Source of the DNA: Octopus bimaculoides
Lineage: Eukaryota
Direction: 5' to 3'
Length of the DNA: 48,241 nt
NCBI RefSeq assembly: GCF_001194135.2
Contig: NC_068989.1
Coordinates: 19,951,279 to 19,999,519 of the forward strand
Part shown: piece after piece, positions 25,335 through 37,886 of the stretch
Numbering within the stretch: position 1 is the first letter of the stretch
Layout: each line of letters begins with the position of its first letter
Made by a program: the position numbers and the translations under genes
The notes under the pieces: generated by a model
Database searches by the model: none
What the model saw: the letters and a program-made list of their open reading frames with translations, nothing else
Told to the model about the DNA's origin: nothing

Positions 25335-26872
25335 TTAACCCTTTCGTTACCATATTTCTAACCAAATTACACCCCTTATGTGTTTCAATTAATTTCTAAC
25401 ATAATCATAAATTTAGGCTGGTTTCGTTAAACAACTCTAACTTTTTTTATTTATCAACATATTAATGTGATTTTTGGAAGATAAATTAACGAAAGGTTCT
25501 CAACCAATTCTATACCAAAATTTTTGTCACAAAGTGACTTTAATTACAGGTAAATACAGGTAAATTCAACAAAATATAAAATTATTTAAATTTTTGTTCA
25601 AACATCGCTATAGAAAATGGGTTATTAGCTAATATTCAATTGGGTATACAACAAAATATTATTATAGAAGAGTTGTGCACATTACTGGATTTATTANNNN
25701 NNNNNNNNNNNNNNNNNNNNNNNNNNNNNNNNNNNNNNNNNNNNNNNNNNNNNNNNNNNNNNNNNNNNNNNNNNNNNNNNNNNNNNNNNNNNNNNNNNNN
25801 NNNNNNNNNNNNNNNNNNNNNNNNNNNNNNNNNNNNNNNNNNNNNNNNNNNNNNNNNNNNNNNNNNNNNNNNNNNNNNNNNNNNNNNNNNNNNNNNNNNN
25901 NNNNNNNNNNNNNNNNNNNNNNNNNNNNNNNNNNNNNNNNNNNNNNNNNNNNNNNNNNNNNNNNNNNNNNNNNNNNNNNNNNNNNNNNNNNNNNNNNNNN
26001 NNNNNNNNNNNNNNNNNNNNNNNNNNNNNNNNNNNNNNNNNNNNNNNNNNNNNNNNNNNNNNNNNNNNNNNNNNNNNNNNNNNNNNNNNNNNNNNNNNNN
26101 NNNNNNNNNNNNNNNNNNNNNNNNNNNNNNNNNNNNNNNNNNNNNNNNNNNNNNNNNNNNNNNNNNNNNNNNNNNNNNNNNNNNNNNNNNNNNNNNNNNN
26201 NNNNNNNNNNNNNNNNNNNNNNNNNNNNNNNNNNNNNNNNNNNNNNNNNNNNNNNNNNNNNNNNNNNNNNNNNNNNNNNNNNNNNNNNNNNNNNNNNNNN
26301 NNNNNNNNNNNNNNNNNNNNNNNNNNNNNNNNNNNNNNNNNNNNNNNNNNNNNNNNNNNNNNNNNNNNNNNNNNNNNNNNNNNNNNNNNNNNNNNNNNNN
26401 NNNNNNNNNNNNNNNNNNNNNNNNNNNNNNNNNNNNNNNNNNNNNNNNNNNNNNNNNNNNNNNNNNNNNNNNNNNNNNNNNNNNNNNNNNNNNNNNNNNN
26501 NNNNNNNNNNNNNNNNNNNNNNNNNNNNNNNNNNNNNNNNNNNCTTCGAATTCTGACTCGCTGCTTGACAGAATAAAATTCGTATCCATTTTTTTGTCAG
26601 GATTACAAATTTTGAAAACACAACAGGAACAAATTTGGAAAAAAATCTCCCAAAATTCACAAAATTAAAAAAACACGTTGATCGTCGTACAAAACTATAG
26701 CTGAACTGTTTACACAAATAATCACGTGTTTTCACGAATGTACTAACGAGATTTGCTCAGACATTCTCATTTAAATATGAATAGGTGATTACGGGCAGTT
26801 TTGGGCGGCTTGGTCACATGAACCAAAAATTTTTTCGGGCGGCTTTGGGCGGTTTGGTAACGAAAGGGTTAA
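25335..26872 (-). mobile_element. piggyBac-family element with both ends intact; interior mostly in an N gap
   Basis: TTAA at 25335-25338 and 26869-26872; perfect 14-bp TIR CCCTTTCGTTACCA / TGGTAACGAAAGGG; subterminal GGGCGG repeats; a minus-strand ATG at 26589 opens an acidic N-terminus MDTNFILSSSESEFE. 25335-25420 resembles the reverse complement of 920-1006. Confidence 0.88.
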
Positions 26873-27060
26873 GGCTCATTTTTCCATGCTGTCATGGTTA
26901 GAAGGGATTATTATAAAGAATATTCCATCTAATCTTCTCAAAGTCCTCTCACCCAGAAATCTTACTAAGTTATCTCCCACAGTCACTTTCTATTGCCATT
27001 CCATGGTATCTTCCCACTCATTTCGCATACAAGTGCAGCTACATACATTAGATAGTGTCT

Positions 27061-27273
27061 TTAACCCTTTAGCATTCAGATTACTCTGTCAAGTGTAATA
27101 TTTATTTATTCACTTTGTTTTGAATTAATCATGCATTACCTTGTAGCTTCAAGACTGATAACATGATGGTTAATGACATTATAGGGCAGAAGTGTGAAAC
27201 CAGATTTGGCTGGTTTGAACTTAAACCAAACTACTTGGGCCAGATATGGCTGGTTAAGATGCTAAATCATTAA
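27061..27273 (+). mobile_element. TTAA-flanked MITE, copy C
   Basis: TTAACCCTTTAGCATTCAGATTAC ... GGCCAGATATGGCTGGTTAAGATGCTAAATCA-TTAA. Confidence 0.8.
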
Positions 27274-28594
27274 CACCCAGTTTCCCATAGATCGTAGTTG
27301 ACGTATTTCAGTTCTGTTCTGCATTCAATGCTCCTGCCTTACAACTATGTAACAATACAGAGATTGCATTTTGCATGGGAAGAGAAGCTGTTTGTTGCCA
27401 ACAAATTTAACAACTCCTTGAATGTCAGATCTTCTGATTTCAGCTATTAAGCAATAAACTTGTCCATTAAATTTACAACATATATTTCATTTCTCTACTG
27501 CTAAATATAACTTTTCATCCTACTGAGGTCAATGTAATTGAATATATTGCTGAATAGTTTATTGACTGAAACCAGAAAAAAGAAAATTTATCTACTTGAA
27601 GTAGTTCTTGAACCTGCCAGAGATATATGTATTGTGTACTTGTACAAAGCACCTTCTACTCAGTTTTTATTGTCTTTTCCTAATATACTGAGTAAAGTGA
27701 CTTCTCATGGTACAAGATCTTTTGTGTTTTGGACCAAATACATAAATTAAGCCTTTTCCCTAAACTAATGAAGAATAACCAAAATGATGTTATGATGACA
27801 GTAAATAAAACAAAGAAACAGATCCTCTATAAAAGTGGTTTAAGAAGTGAACTAAATCAATGACATTTGTTATTAAGACAAGATGACAAACAACTTTCTG
27901 CAGCTAATGTGGAAAATAGTTCACCTGTTTATTATTGGTGTTAGGAAAGGCATCTAGCCATGCCAAAACAGACACAGAAGTCTGGTGCAGGCTCCTGCCT
28001 GTCCAGCCCCTGCCAGCATGAAAGGAGGACATTAAACAATGATGATGAATCATTTGCTAGGGATCTTGTGAAAATCCTTGTTTTAGTTGATCCATTCAAA
28101 TCTAATTTCATATCATTATAGCATTGACAACCATATATGTTAAATGATGATCATTATAATCATCAACCTGATGGACCAATTCCCATTGTTAAGATTCATA
28201 ATAAGCTTCGACAAAGTCAGCCCGAATAGGTTGATATTTCACCACATATCAAAACAATGAATCACAAGAGCTATGTCTACTTAAACAATTAATTCAAAAG
28301 ATTTTCTAAGAGATGTCCTTAAATATTTCTCAAACAGGAGAAAACCTTAAACAAAGATCCAATCTGCAGAAAACTGGGTGAGCAGCATGTATAATTCAAG
28401 GGAGCAAGAAAATGGCTTCTGAGACATTTTATCTAGCCAGATACCCTTCCTGTTGCCAATTGTCACCTGTTTCCAAGCAAAGAGATATTACCTCATGGCC
28501 AAACATGGTAATGAACAACACTGCTTGTATGACAGTGATGCTTCTTTACAACATTCACATGATGTCAAGACAAGTATATGCACAAACAAATTAC

Positions 28595-28735
28595 AGGCTT
28601 CTTTTCAGTTTCCACCTACCAAATCCACTTACAAACTTTGGTTGGCCTAGGGCTGAAGTTTAAGACCTCTGTCCAAGGTGTTGTGCAGTGGGACTGAACC
28701 TGCAACCACATGGTTGAGAAGCAAGATTCTCAACA
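28595..28735 (-). mobile_element. SINE family 2 fragment
   Basis: cttttcagtttccacctaccaaatccact...gcagtgggactgaacctgcaaccacatggttg matches the copies at 29607, 37295 and 39940. Boundaries are approximate. Confidence 0.7.
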
Positions 28736-29046
28736 ATGTCTGCATCTATTTCCTCATTTGATACTGATTAAACGATTTTTTTTCTTTTTCATGTCACAGC
28801 AAAATGACATGAAAATTTTAACACTTTAAGTAATTAATTATCTACTTGAGATAAAATAAAAAAGGCATAAACTTTATAAGATCTAATAACAGATGGAATT
28901 GCAGATGCTCTATGGGATTCACCTGGCAAGTGATACATTATGTGGTTTGGGATCTGTTTGTGGGCCAGTGTTCTTTTCGGTCTCAAACTAATCTTTAAAG
29001 GAGTTTACAAGAAGAAGACCCCCCCCCCCCCAATTTCAACACTTAC

Positions 29047-29275
29047 CTTGCCTTGTAGTTGTTTTTGTCATAACGCCAGCAGTTTTTTGAGGATGGGTTT
29101 TGGTAGTTGCTGGTAATGGTTTAGCAGAGGTAGCAGCAATTCCAACTAATTTACGGGCAGAGTTAGCATCATATTCGTGTCCATCATAGTTAGCGTCAAA
29201 AAACTTTTTGAACCATTGGACGAATTCAAAGTTATCTTGGAATCTTCCTTTCACAAGCTTCTCTACGGGAACAAC
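29047..29275 (-). CDS. MAPRE1: EB1/MAPRE coding exon 4 (end of CH domain and linker)
   Basis: cacaaAG acceptor; [37 protein letters not shown]...KTTTRQ+G; GTAAGT donor. [22 protein letters not shown] is the EB CH-domain signature. Confidence 0.96.
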
Positions 29276-29606
29276 CTTTGTGAAGAACAATGCTTAAAAT
29301 TTTATTTCTTATACTGAGATGTCAATTTAAATGTAATGCTAAACAGAAAATGCTTCAAGGAATCCTTTAGGATTTAACATATTTCCAACATCTTTTAATC
29401 TACGCTTTTCTATACTTGCATGGGTCAGATGGAATTTGATGAAGCAGATTTTCTATCGTGTAGTCCCTTCTGTTGCCAACTCAGACCTGTTTCCAAGCAA
29501 GTTAATATTTTACCAAGGATGGCAAGAAACAAACACCATCCCTTGCATACTGGTGATACTCATTTGCTATCAACATATGATGTCAAGACAAGGTACACAA
29601 ACAGTG

Positions 29607-29765
29607 GGCTTCTTTCAGTTTCCACCTATCAAATTTACACTCAAAGTTTTGGTTTGTCCAAAGTTATAGTAGAAGGTACTTGCCCCAAGTGATGTACAGT
29701 GAGACTGAACCCAAGACCACATGGTTGGATGGTAAGCTTCTTAACCACACAGCCATGCCTGCACC
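29607..29765 (-). mobile_element. SINE family 2 (tRNA-like head, TTGGGCAAGT-like motif)
   Basis: The minus strand reads ggtgcaggcatggctgtgtggttaagaagcttaccatccaaccatgtggtcttgggttcagtctcactg...ttggggcaagtaccttctac. Further copies lie near 9360-9440, 37295-37412, 39335-39480 and 39940-40090. Confidence 0.75.
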
Positions 29766-31023
29766 TATAACTCGAATATTAAAAGAAAATATATATATTT
29801 CTTCTATCACATCTCGCAACAGAATTTGGTTGTATGAGATTCCATTTTCTAACAACCATCACTGTAAGAAAGGTCTGTTACATTGGTGTAGATTTGACAA
29901 TATCTGATATTAGATATTCTTAAACAACACCAAGCCTTTAATATGGCCATTATCAACTAACATCTGATATTTTTCATCACTTGTTCTATATATTTTCATC
30001 AATCTAAATTTTAAGTTATTTTGCTTGCTTAGCTATCCACACCAATGCATCTTGTGCAATTAGCCCCATTTCTATCCAGTTCACAACTAGATCTGAAATC
30101 ATATTTCTTTATATTTTGATGTCTCGTGTTTACAATGTTTGTCTTAATATTACATGACATCAAATGTATTTCCATGGCCCCTTTTTATCATCACATCACC
30201 ATTTAATGTTCATTTTCCATGCTGGCATGGGCTGAAGGGTTTGACAGAAGCTGTGAAGCTGGAGGTATCTGCCTGGTCTCAATGTCTGCTTTGCCATGGT
30301 TTCTACAATTAAATGCCCTTTCTAATGCCAGCCACTTTACAGAGTGTACTTTTATGCACTCAGAACTATTTCCTCTTTTGATTAATATTATATCAACAAT
30401 TGATACAATAAACTTTTCCAAAATCTCAAATCCAAACTGTTGAAAAATCAAATCATGCCTATATAATATGGAATTTTAATTATGAAAGAAACAAGACGTT
30501 CACCACAGATAGCACAGGCTTTGGTTGTTACTGGTCACAATGGTAAGGAAAGGGATATTTCTAATACTGGCAGTTGATTTACAGAGTTTTATGTTTATAC
30601 AGTCCCCCATATAAATGACCTAGTCATTGGTAAATCCAAATGCAACTACCATAGTAAAACTGATCTAAGCAGCACTTATCAAGATGAATATCTGTGGCAA
30701 GACTAAACAGTGTTGCAAGCAGCTAGAGATTTAAATCAACAGGATTTCCTATGGTCCCTATGGGTATTACAAATAGTATGCCAATTGTCAATTAATTTAT
30801 AGCTCTTAAAATGAGTGACTATGCCTATTAGTATTTATTTTTTTTAGAACATTGTGAAACAAATTCAGGAACAGTTCCAACGTTTTAAATTTCTTAAAAG
30901 CTGATGGAGAAGGTTATTGACAGACTTAGAAGCAGAACCTGAAATCCAAGAAAGAAGACAGGACTATGCTACCACAAAAATGGCAATGTTCAATATGTAT
31001 AAAAGGAGTAGGTAGGAATTCTA

Positions 31024-31150
31024 CAGGGTGTCCACAAAGTCTGGGTACATGGAGTAAATAAAATCATAACATAAACAATTAAATATAAGAAATAATAATT
31101 TCTTTAAGTATGTGTTAATCCCCATGTACCCAGACTTTGTGGACACCCTG
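31024..31150. mobile_element. 127-bp Tc1/mariner-type MITE, copy 1
   Basis: Perfect 29-bp TIR CAGGGTGTCCACAAAGTCTGGGTACATGG, flanked by TA on both sides; second copy at 42811-42937. Confidence 0.92.
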
Positions 31151-31179
31151 TATAATGTACACATAGCAAACTATGGAAC

Positions 31180-31545
31180 ACAAAAAGGTGTGTTGGGAAT
31201 GCTGTTGAGTTAGCAGAGAAGGTAGATTTTGTGTGCAACCACAAACGTATAAATGCTCTTGAATCCCAGGATTGCTCCCTAGAAGTAGTCGATAGCCTTT
31301 GTTACCTAGATCACCTATGCAGCTAATAAAAGTTCTCTCTCTCACAGAATAAGGGGAAGGTTGGTGCTGTGTGCTAGTGAAATGTGGATTATAAATGCAG
31401 AGGATTTGCAAAAACTAAATGTAAGTATGTATGAGCTGTGAATAAATAAAAAATCTGGATATAAAAGGGATCAGACGTAAAGTGCATGAAAAATAACAGC
31501 TGATAATGAAAGAAACCTAAGATGAGATGAAGTGGTGAAAACCTT
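31180..31545 (+). mobile_element. Decayed RTE-type LINE fragment
   Basis: Remnant translation SLEVVDSLCYLD and a gatgagatgaagtggtgaaa (WDEVVK-like) end; same family as 10380-10980. Boundaries are approximate. Confidence 0.55.
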
Positions 31546-31812
31546 GCATTGTGCTGGAGAAAATCCACTCACCGGCGTAAGCATGCTGTAATGAAAGCTA
31601 AAATGAGGTAGTAATATTTAGGGTAGCTGTCTACTATATCCCTGTTAAACCTCCATCGGTTACTCCAATACCTCATCTCTATCACATTCCCAATGTACCA
31701 TTGTTCCTTACACTGCTTCCTTCACCCACTTTGATTCTACTCTCACCATTCTCTATCTACCTTCTTGGCTCTGTTGCTTTAAATGAATAGAGACACCACA
31801 AGGTAGGTACCA

Positions 31813-31855
<43 letters not shown>

Positions 31856-32324
31856 CCTAGTACACTTTAATAAGTGTACTCTACAAACAAGCAGAGAAAA
31901 TTTAAGGTCAAAAAGTCATTTTAACATGTTCAAAAAGACTTGGGGATCTCTTCAGTAGTGAAGAATAAAATGCATACATTACATTCTAAAGCAGTTAGTC
32001 TTAAGAAAGGCTTCAATGAGAGGAATCATATCAAAGACGTAATTTTTTGAAAGCAACAGTTCTTTAACTTGCACAGGAAGTCACAACCTTAAATAAAGAT
32101 GGAGGTGAAGACAACCTGTCCAATATGGACAGTATGGAAAATGGATGTAATAACAGCAGTAATGATGATTGATGGGTTTAAAAAAAGCAAAAAAAGGAAA
32201 GCATTAAATGAAAGGAACTGTGATGCTAAATGATAATGATCTATACAATAGTCTAATCTCTTACATCTAGTACCAAGCCAACATATGTCTTTTAAATTAG
32301 TTGAAATATTTAATATGGAGCATT

Positions 32325-32672
32325 GTTGTTGTTGGCCCTGTTGCTTACGACGTCGAGGGTTCCAGTTGATCTGATCAACGGAACAGCCTGCTCGTGAAAT
32401 TAACGTGCAAGTGGTTGAGCACTCCACAGACATGTGTACCCTTTACTTAGTTCTCGGGGATATTCAGCGTGACAAGGCTGACCCTTTGAATTACAGGCAC
32501 AACAGAAACAGGAAGTAAGAGTGAGAGAAAGTTGTGGTGGAAGAGTACAGCAGGGTTCACCACCATCCCCTGCTGGAGCCTCGTGGAGCTTTAGGTGTTT
32601 TCGCTCAACGCCCGGTCTGGGAATCGAAACCGCGAGTCCGCTGCCCTAACCACTGGGCCATTGTGCCTCCAC
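32325..32672 (-). mobile_element. tRNA-derived SINE, family 1, second copy
   Basis: Reverse complement of 7607-7981 with small deletions; TSD AATATGGAGCATT (32312-32324) / AATATGGTGCATT (32673-32685), 12 of 13 identical. Confidence 0.9.
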
Positions 32673-33241
32673 AATATGGTGCATTATTATCACAATAACC
32701 TGCTAACTTCATTCCTGTGTATGTTTTTTTTTTCTGTAAAGCCTTTTACAGTTGAATGACCTTAACTATCACCGACCAGATCATTGCATAAACTGGGTGC
32801 AGCTGGACTAAAAGAGCTCCTCCACTCCACATCAGTTCTTTTATCAGATTTTGCAGGGTCTACAGCCCTCTTTAGTACATTAGTTCCTCTCCCTACACAA
32901 CTACAATAATGTTTTAAATTTTGACACAAAGCGAACAATTTTAGGGGAAGAAGGCAAGTTGATTACACTGACCCCTGTACTTGACTAGTACTTCTACAGG
33001 ACAGCGCTCTTTGTTAGAAAGAGTAGCCAAATTCCTTTCAGATCACAGTTTGTCATCTTAGAAAGTAAGGCTACATTGGATAAAGTAGTTTTAAATACAC
33101 TATGCCTGAATAAAAGACAGGATGGTCATGAATGGAACAAGGCGATCTAAGTCTGTTCAATGATGACTGACCTGGAGCCAATCAATAATCAGTGTGTGTG
33201 TGCACACATTATAAACATTAATGAATGAAACTGATACATAC

Positions 33242-33348
33242 CTGTTCAACATTAAGCTTGCAAAAACTGGACTGAAGAAGTTTGAAATTCTGTATATATT
33301 CATGTTCTAACCGAGTACTGAATTTAATTTTTTTCAATGGAATACTGC
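33242..33348 (-). CDS. MAPRE1: EB1/MAPRE coding exon 3 (CH domain); missing from the ORF track
   Basis: tatttgcAG acceptor; (G)SIPLKKIKFSTRLEHEYIQNFKLLQSSFCKLNVEQ; GTATGT donor. Phases fit both neighbours, and LEHEYIQNFK is conserved in EB proteins. Confidence 0.95.
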
Positions 33349-34419
33349 CTGCAAATAAAACAAGTGTAGAATACTAAATTAGAAACTGATAACTTATACG
33401 AGTATTGATAAATTCAAATCTCTAACTCTTGTTGAAAAAACTTACAGGAAGTACCAAGGTCTTTGGAAAAGGCAGTTACATTTCCTTGTTGAAGTTTCCA
33501 ATAAAAAACACCACAGAAATATACATTAGATGGATAGTGAAAAGTTAAATTGACAATTCACCTCAATTTACTGTGCTGAGTTAATAAACAAAAAACGCAA
33601 ACAGCTATCACTTCACAATAGTGCCCACCTTAGCAGTAGCCAATCACACAGATTAATTTACAATGTGAGAATTCTATGGGTTAATATCAGCCACTTTTCA
33701 ATGCCATGAAAGAAACTGTATATTTTGATGAAACAAGAAATAAACAGAACAAACATGAGTTGCTACAACAAATACCTTTTCCTGTAAGACTAATTGAAGC
33801 AGGTTGTTTAGAGACAAACTAACTCCAACTACATTATTAACCTATAGATGAAACACTCAGCTAGCATCACATTTCTTAAATCTTTTATACAGCTGCCAAT
33901 ATCATGAAAAACATCTTGCGACATGTGAGTTATTCATCAAGCTAAACACCGGCCATCACATAAGTATGCAAATTAAACCTTGGTTAATTGGGTCATCAGC
34001 TTTAGCTGTTCCTTTAAAGTAGCTAACACAGAACAGAAAAACTATTGTAACAGAAAATATAGCACACATTACACTTTGTAATGTATCATAATAGGATTGT
34101 CAAGTGTCCTTTCAAGGAAGGGATAGACCATTGTGTTCAAAGTTCACAAAATTCTAAAGAAAGCAGAGTGAGACATGTCATGCATTTTCATTGATATGTG
34201 AACTGTTGTTTGTCTTTTGATATATCTTTTTAATTTGATTGGGCCAACTGAGTTATTAGGCTAGAATATAATAGCCCTGATATCCCACTTATTTGAATTA
34301 TACAAGAACAGGTAAGCAACAAGAAGTACATCTGGCCATAAAATCTTACCTTAATTCCCTGCCATGCTACAGAGAACAATGAATGTTAAAATGAATAAAC
34401 ATGCATACATAAAACTTAC

Positions 34420-34458
34420 CTGGAAATAAAATATCCATGAACTGAGCATAGGCTGCAC
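34420..34458 (-). CDS. MAPRE1: EB1/MAPRE coding exon 2, 39 nt
   Basis: tttttacAG acceptor; (G)AAYAQFMDILFP(G); GTAAGT donor; phase 1 at both ends. Confidence 0.93.
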
Positions 34459-35087
34459 CTGTAAAAATAGAAGAGAAAAAAAGGCTCTTTAAGAGAAAGG
34501 AATAAGTTAAAAAAATATTGTCCATCAATATTATTGCACTCATATCTTTGCTCAATGAAAAGACAACCTATTTAAAACATCTGCTTTTAGTATTTTTCAA
34601 TGTAAAAATGATCTTCATCCAGTCCAAAACAAGGTCAACTGTTTGTATAATATCATTGGGCAGCCACTGTTTTTCTTTTTGTTTTGAAAAAGCATGTCCA
34701 ATTTGTGGACAGATATGGCTACATGATTAAAATCTTTGCATTGCAAGCAACAATTATGTGTTTGCTACTATAGCCTTGGACTGACCAAAACTTTGTGAGT
34801 GAAGTTTGGTTGGTATGAAAATCCTAATAGTCCATTATTGTTCAACCAGCTTATCATAATGTGTCTTTAGAGGACTCCCCTCTGTTGTATCAAGTCTTGG
34901 GTTTTAATGTGTATATATATTAAATAATGCACTCTGATGTAGAAAAAAAAAAAAATATATATATATGGATCAAGAATGGAATCTTGTGGCGCACAAATTA
35001 ACATGATTTTCCATTGAGTAGAGATACAAGTTGACAACAAAATGTCAAGTAAGATTTAAACCTTAATACGCACTAACTAACAAATAT

Positions 35088-35300
35088 GGTGGTGAGCTGG
35101 TAGAATCGTTAGCACACCAGACAAAATGCTTAGCAGCATACCATCTGTCTTTACATTCCAAGTTCAAATTCTTCTGAGGTCAGCCGTGCGTTTTATCCTC
35201 ACAGAGTGAATAAAATGTACCAGTTGCATACTGGGGTTCATGCAATCGACTTACATCTGCTCCCCAAATTGATGGTCTTGTGTCAAAATTTAAAACTAAT
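35088..35300 (+). mobile_element. SINE family 3
   Basis: ggtgagctggtagaatcgttagc...agttcaaatt...gtaccagttg...ggggttcatgcaatcgactta...aaaatttaaaac. Related copies lie at about 16960-17150, 32905-33000, 38130-38342, 41940-42060, 42950-43110 and 44640-44820. Confidence 0.75.
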
Positions 35301-35899
35301 ATATATGCACAGTCATGGCTATGTGGTTAAGAAGTTAGCTCCTAAACTATGCAGTTTAGGGTTTAGCTGAGAAAGTAAGCTTCACTGGATCTGTAATGCT
35401 AGTGTGCATGAATGGCATGGTAGATTAGGTACAAGTCAGGTGTAGTGTGCAAGAAAGAAGTCTGCATTAGTACAGGCATGTAAAGTAATGAAGTACAGGT
35501 TTGGTCACATGTGAGGGTATGCACCACTGCAGTGCATTGCTTCCTTCACCATTTGTCAATATACTCCCAGGTTCACATGGGCAACCTGTCAAGCAGAGTC
35601 CCAGTTAGTCCCTATCTCGGCCAGACACCTCCTCCTCTGCTGTGATTATGCGGCATATCGTTAACCAACATGAGCCGCCAACCTAGCCAGATCCTCAGTG
35701 AAAAGACGGTAAGCAGGATCTAACTTGGACAAATATTCTGAGCTAGAATTCTTGAATCATACAAGCAAAAGGACACATCCCAGTCTCTGAGTGGCAAACA
35801 TTTGTCCTCCTACACAGATATCGGCAGCACCAAACAGCCTTGTCCAATGAGTCAACAACTGCACCAGCTCATTCATGTCTTTTCAGGACTTCAGACTTT

Positions 35900-36340
35900 C
35901 AGCTAATGCTGCTACGAATCTTCTGCTGAGATGAGAAGTGGTCAACAACATCAACATTCTCACCCCCATAGAAACAGGTAAGGTAGAGTCTTCCAGGAAG
36001 CTAACAAAAGTATGGATCTTTGTTGTGACCCAAGAGACTTTACGGTCAAGTGTCCCGCTTTCTTACTCAGTGAAAGGAGAAAGCTCCATAAGACATCCAG
36101 AGACACAGCAAGAACAACTGTGCTATCAGCAAAATCTAGGCTTGTAATTCTAGTTTCACCAATGAGTGCACAACTTGATCGAGCCACCATTCAGCCAAAT
36201 ATCCAATCCACGCAGGCATTGAACAGAGTGGGAGCCAAGACACAACCCTGACTGACACCAGATCTAACTGGGAAAAAGTTAAATGTTGAGCCCCCAATCT
36301 AAACTGCACTGACTGTTCTGTGTATGAAACCATCATCAGG
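35900..36340 (-). mobile_element. RTE-type LINE reverse-transcriptase fragment (decayed)
   Basis: Track ORFs 36136-36348 and 35960-36190 give a GVRQG-like region and ITSLDFADSTVVLA, a decayed LDFADD catalytic motif. The fragment probably extends to about 35550. Confidence 0.7.
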
Positions 36341-37706
36341 ATATTCAAATAAACAGTGGAGCTTGCAGTTAGATGATCTTCCTATCCAGAACTTCTACAA
36401 CATGAATAGCATTTTCTTTACACTTAGTCTTTTTGTGATGAAGGACCAAGGAAGATATGAGCAGAAGTAATGAAAGCTGTCTCAGGACGTTGAACTTGAC
36501 TATGGAACACAAGTGGTATGTCACTATGTTGGAAAGGATCTGTTCAACCCATGCAAACATGGAAAATGAATGTAAAAATGGTAAGTATAAACATACATAT
36601 GAAGGCTTCTGTACAGTTTTCCTCTATACAAACTTAACTCTGAAAGTATAGGTTAAACTGAGGGAATAGTATATGCCACCTATCTCTGTGTGATTGAACT
36701 GAGAACCATGCAGTCATAAGCAGACTAATTTGCACAAAATATGAACAAATAATGGTTGCTGGAGAGTATAGCAATAGCTTAAACACTCCCTTTCAACTGC
36801 CTCTGAAGATGCTTGAAAAGCAAGGGATGGCAGCCAATCACCAGTACCCTTTGTACCAAGTACAAAAAAAAAAGTCCAGCCAGTCAGATTTTAAACCCTT
36901 TAGAAACTATATTGTTAAATCAATAACTGAGCCAATAAGGGAACCTCAGAATGGTCACTCAAACAACTAGAAATAACAGCTAAAACTTCTGCAAGTTGCC
37001 AAGCACTGTATGCTCACAACTGAATATTTATGATCATAGGTTTTTATCAAACATGACTAACTGAGGGTTAAAACAGCTGCAATTTTTCCTTTTTTACTTG
37101 TTTCAGTCACTGGACTATGGTCATGCTATGGTACTGCCTTGAAGGGGGTTACAGTTGAACAAATCGAACCCCACCCAGTACTTAGTCCCTTTTGCTGGAC
37201 CATGAAGTTATAGGGTTGTAAAACTAACCAGCACTAGTTGTCAAGTGGTAGTGGGAGGAGCAAACACAAACTCTTTCTCACACTCACACATGATGGACTT
37301 CTTCCAGTTTCTATCTACCAAATCCTTGTACAAGGTTTTGGTCAGCCCAAGAAGCCACAAAGTGGAACAGAGCCTAGAACCATTTGGTTAGGAAGCAAAC
37401 TTCTCACCACACAACTGAATAGTTCTTCCATAATGACAAAGGTTAAGATACATATCACATGAGCTTGCAGTTAGATGATTGTCCAATCCAGAACTTCTAC
37501 AATATGAATGGCATTTTCTTTGGACTTAATCCTTTTATGACATAATGGTAGCATTGATAATGAAATTAAATATGCAAAGTAATGAGCCCTTATCTGAATG
37601 CACATGTAAGGATTTGCTTTCGCTATCATATAGATTAGTTCGTGTGGAAAATCAATTAATGAGGCATAATGGCCTAAAATCAGCATTTGAATGAGTTAAT
37701 TAAGCT

Positions 37707-37886
37707 TTAACACTTAAGCATTCAAATTACTCAGGCAAACATAATGCTTATATATTTACATTGTTTTCAATTAATCATGCGTTACAGCTTTAAGATTTCA
37801 ATGACGTGATTATTTTAAGAATAATTATTGTTTGGTAGAGCATGGATCTGGGCTAGATATGGCTGGTTTAAATGCTAAAGGGTTAA
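37707..37886 (+). mobile_element. TTAA-flanked MITE, copy D, next to the MAPRE first-coding-exon donor
   Basis: TTAACACTTAAGCATTCAAATTAC ... GGCTAGATATGGCTGGTTTAAATGCTAAAGGG-TTAA. Confidence 0.8.

Noticed and set aside
31604-31613. TGAGGTAGTA, identical to the first 10 nt of let-7
   Set aside because: The match stops at 10 nt, there is no flanking hairpin, and it sits beside a LINE fragment in an intron. It is most likely chance.
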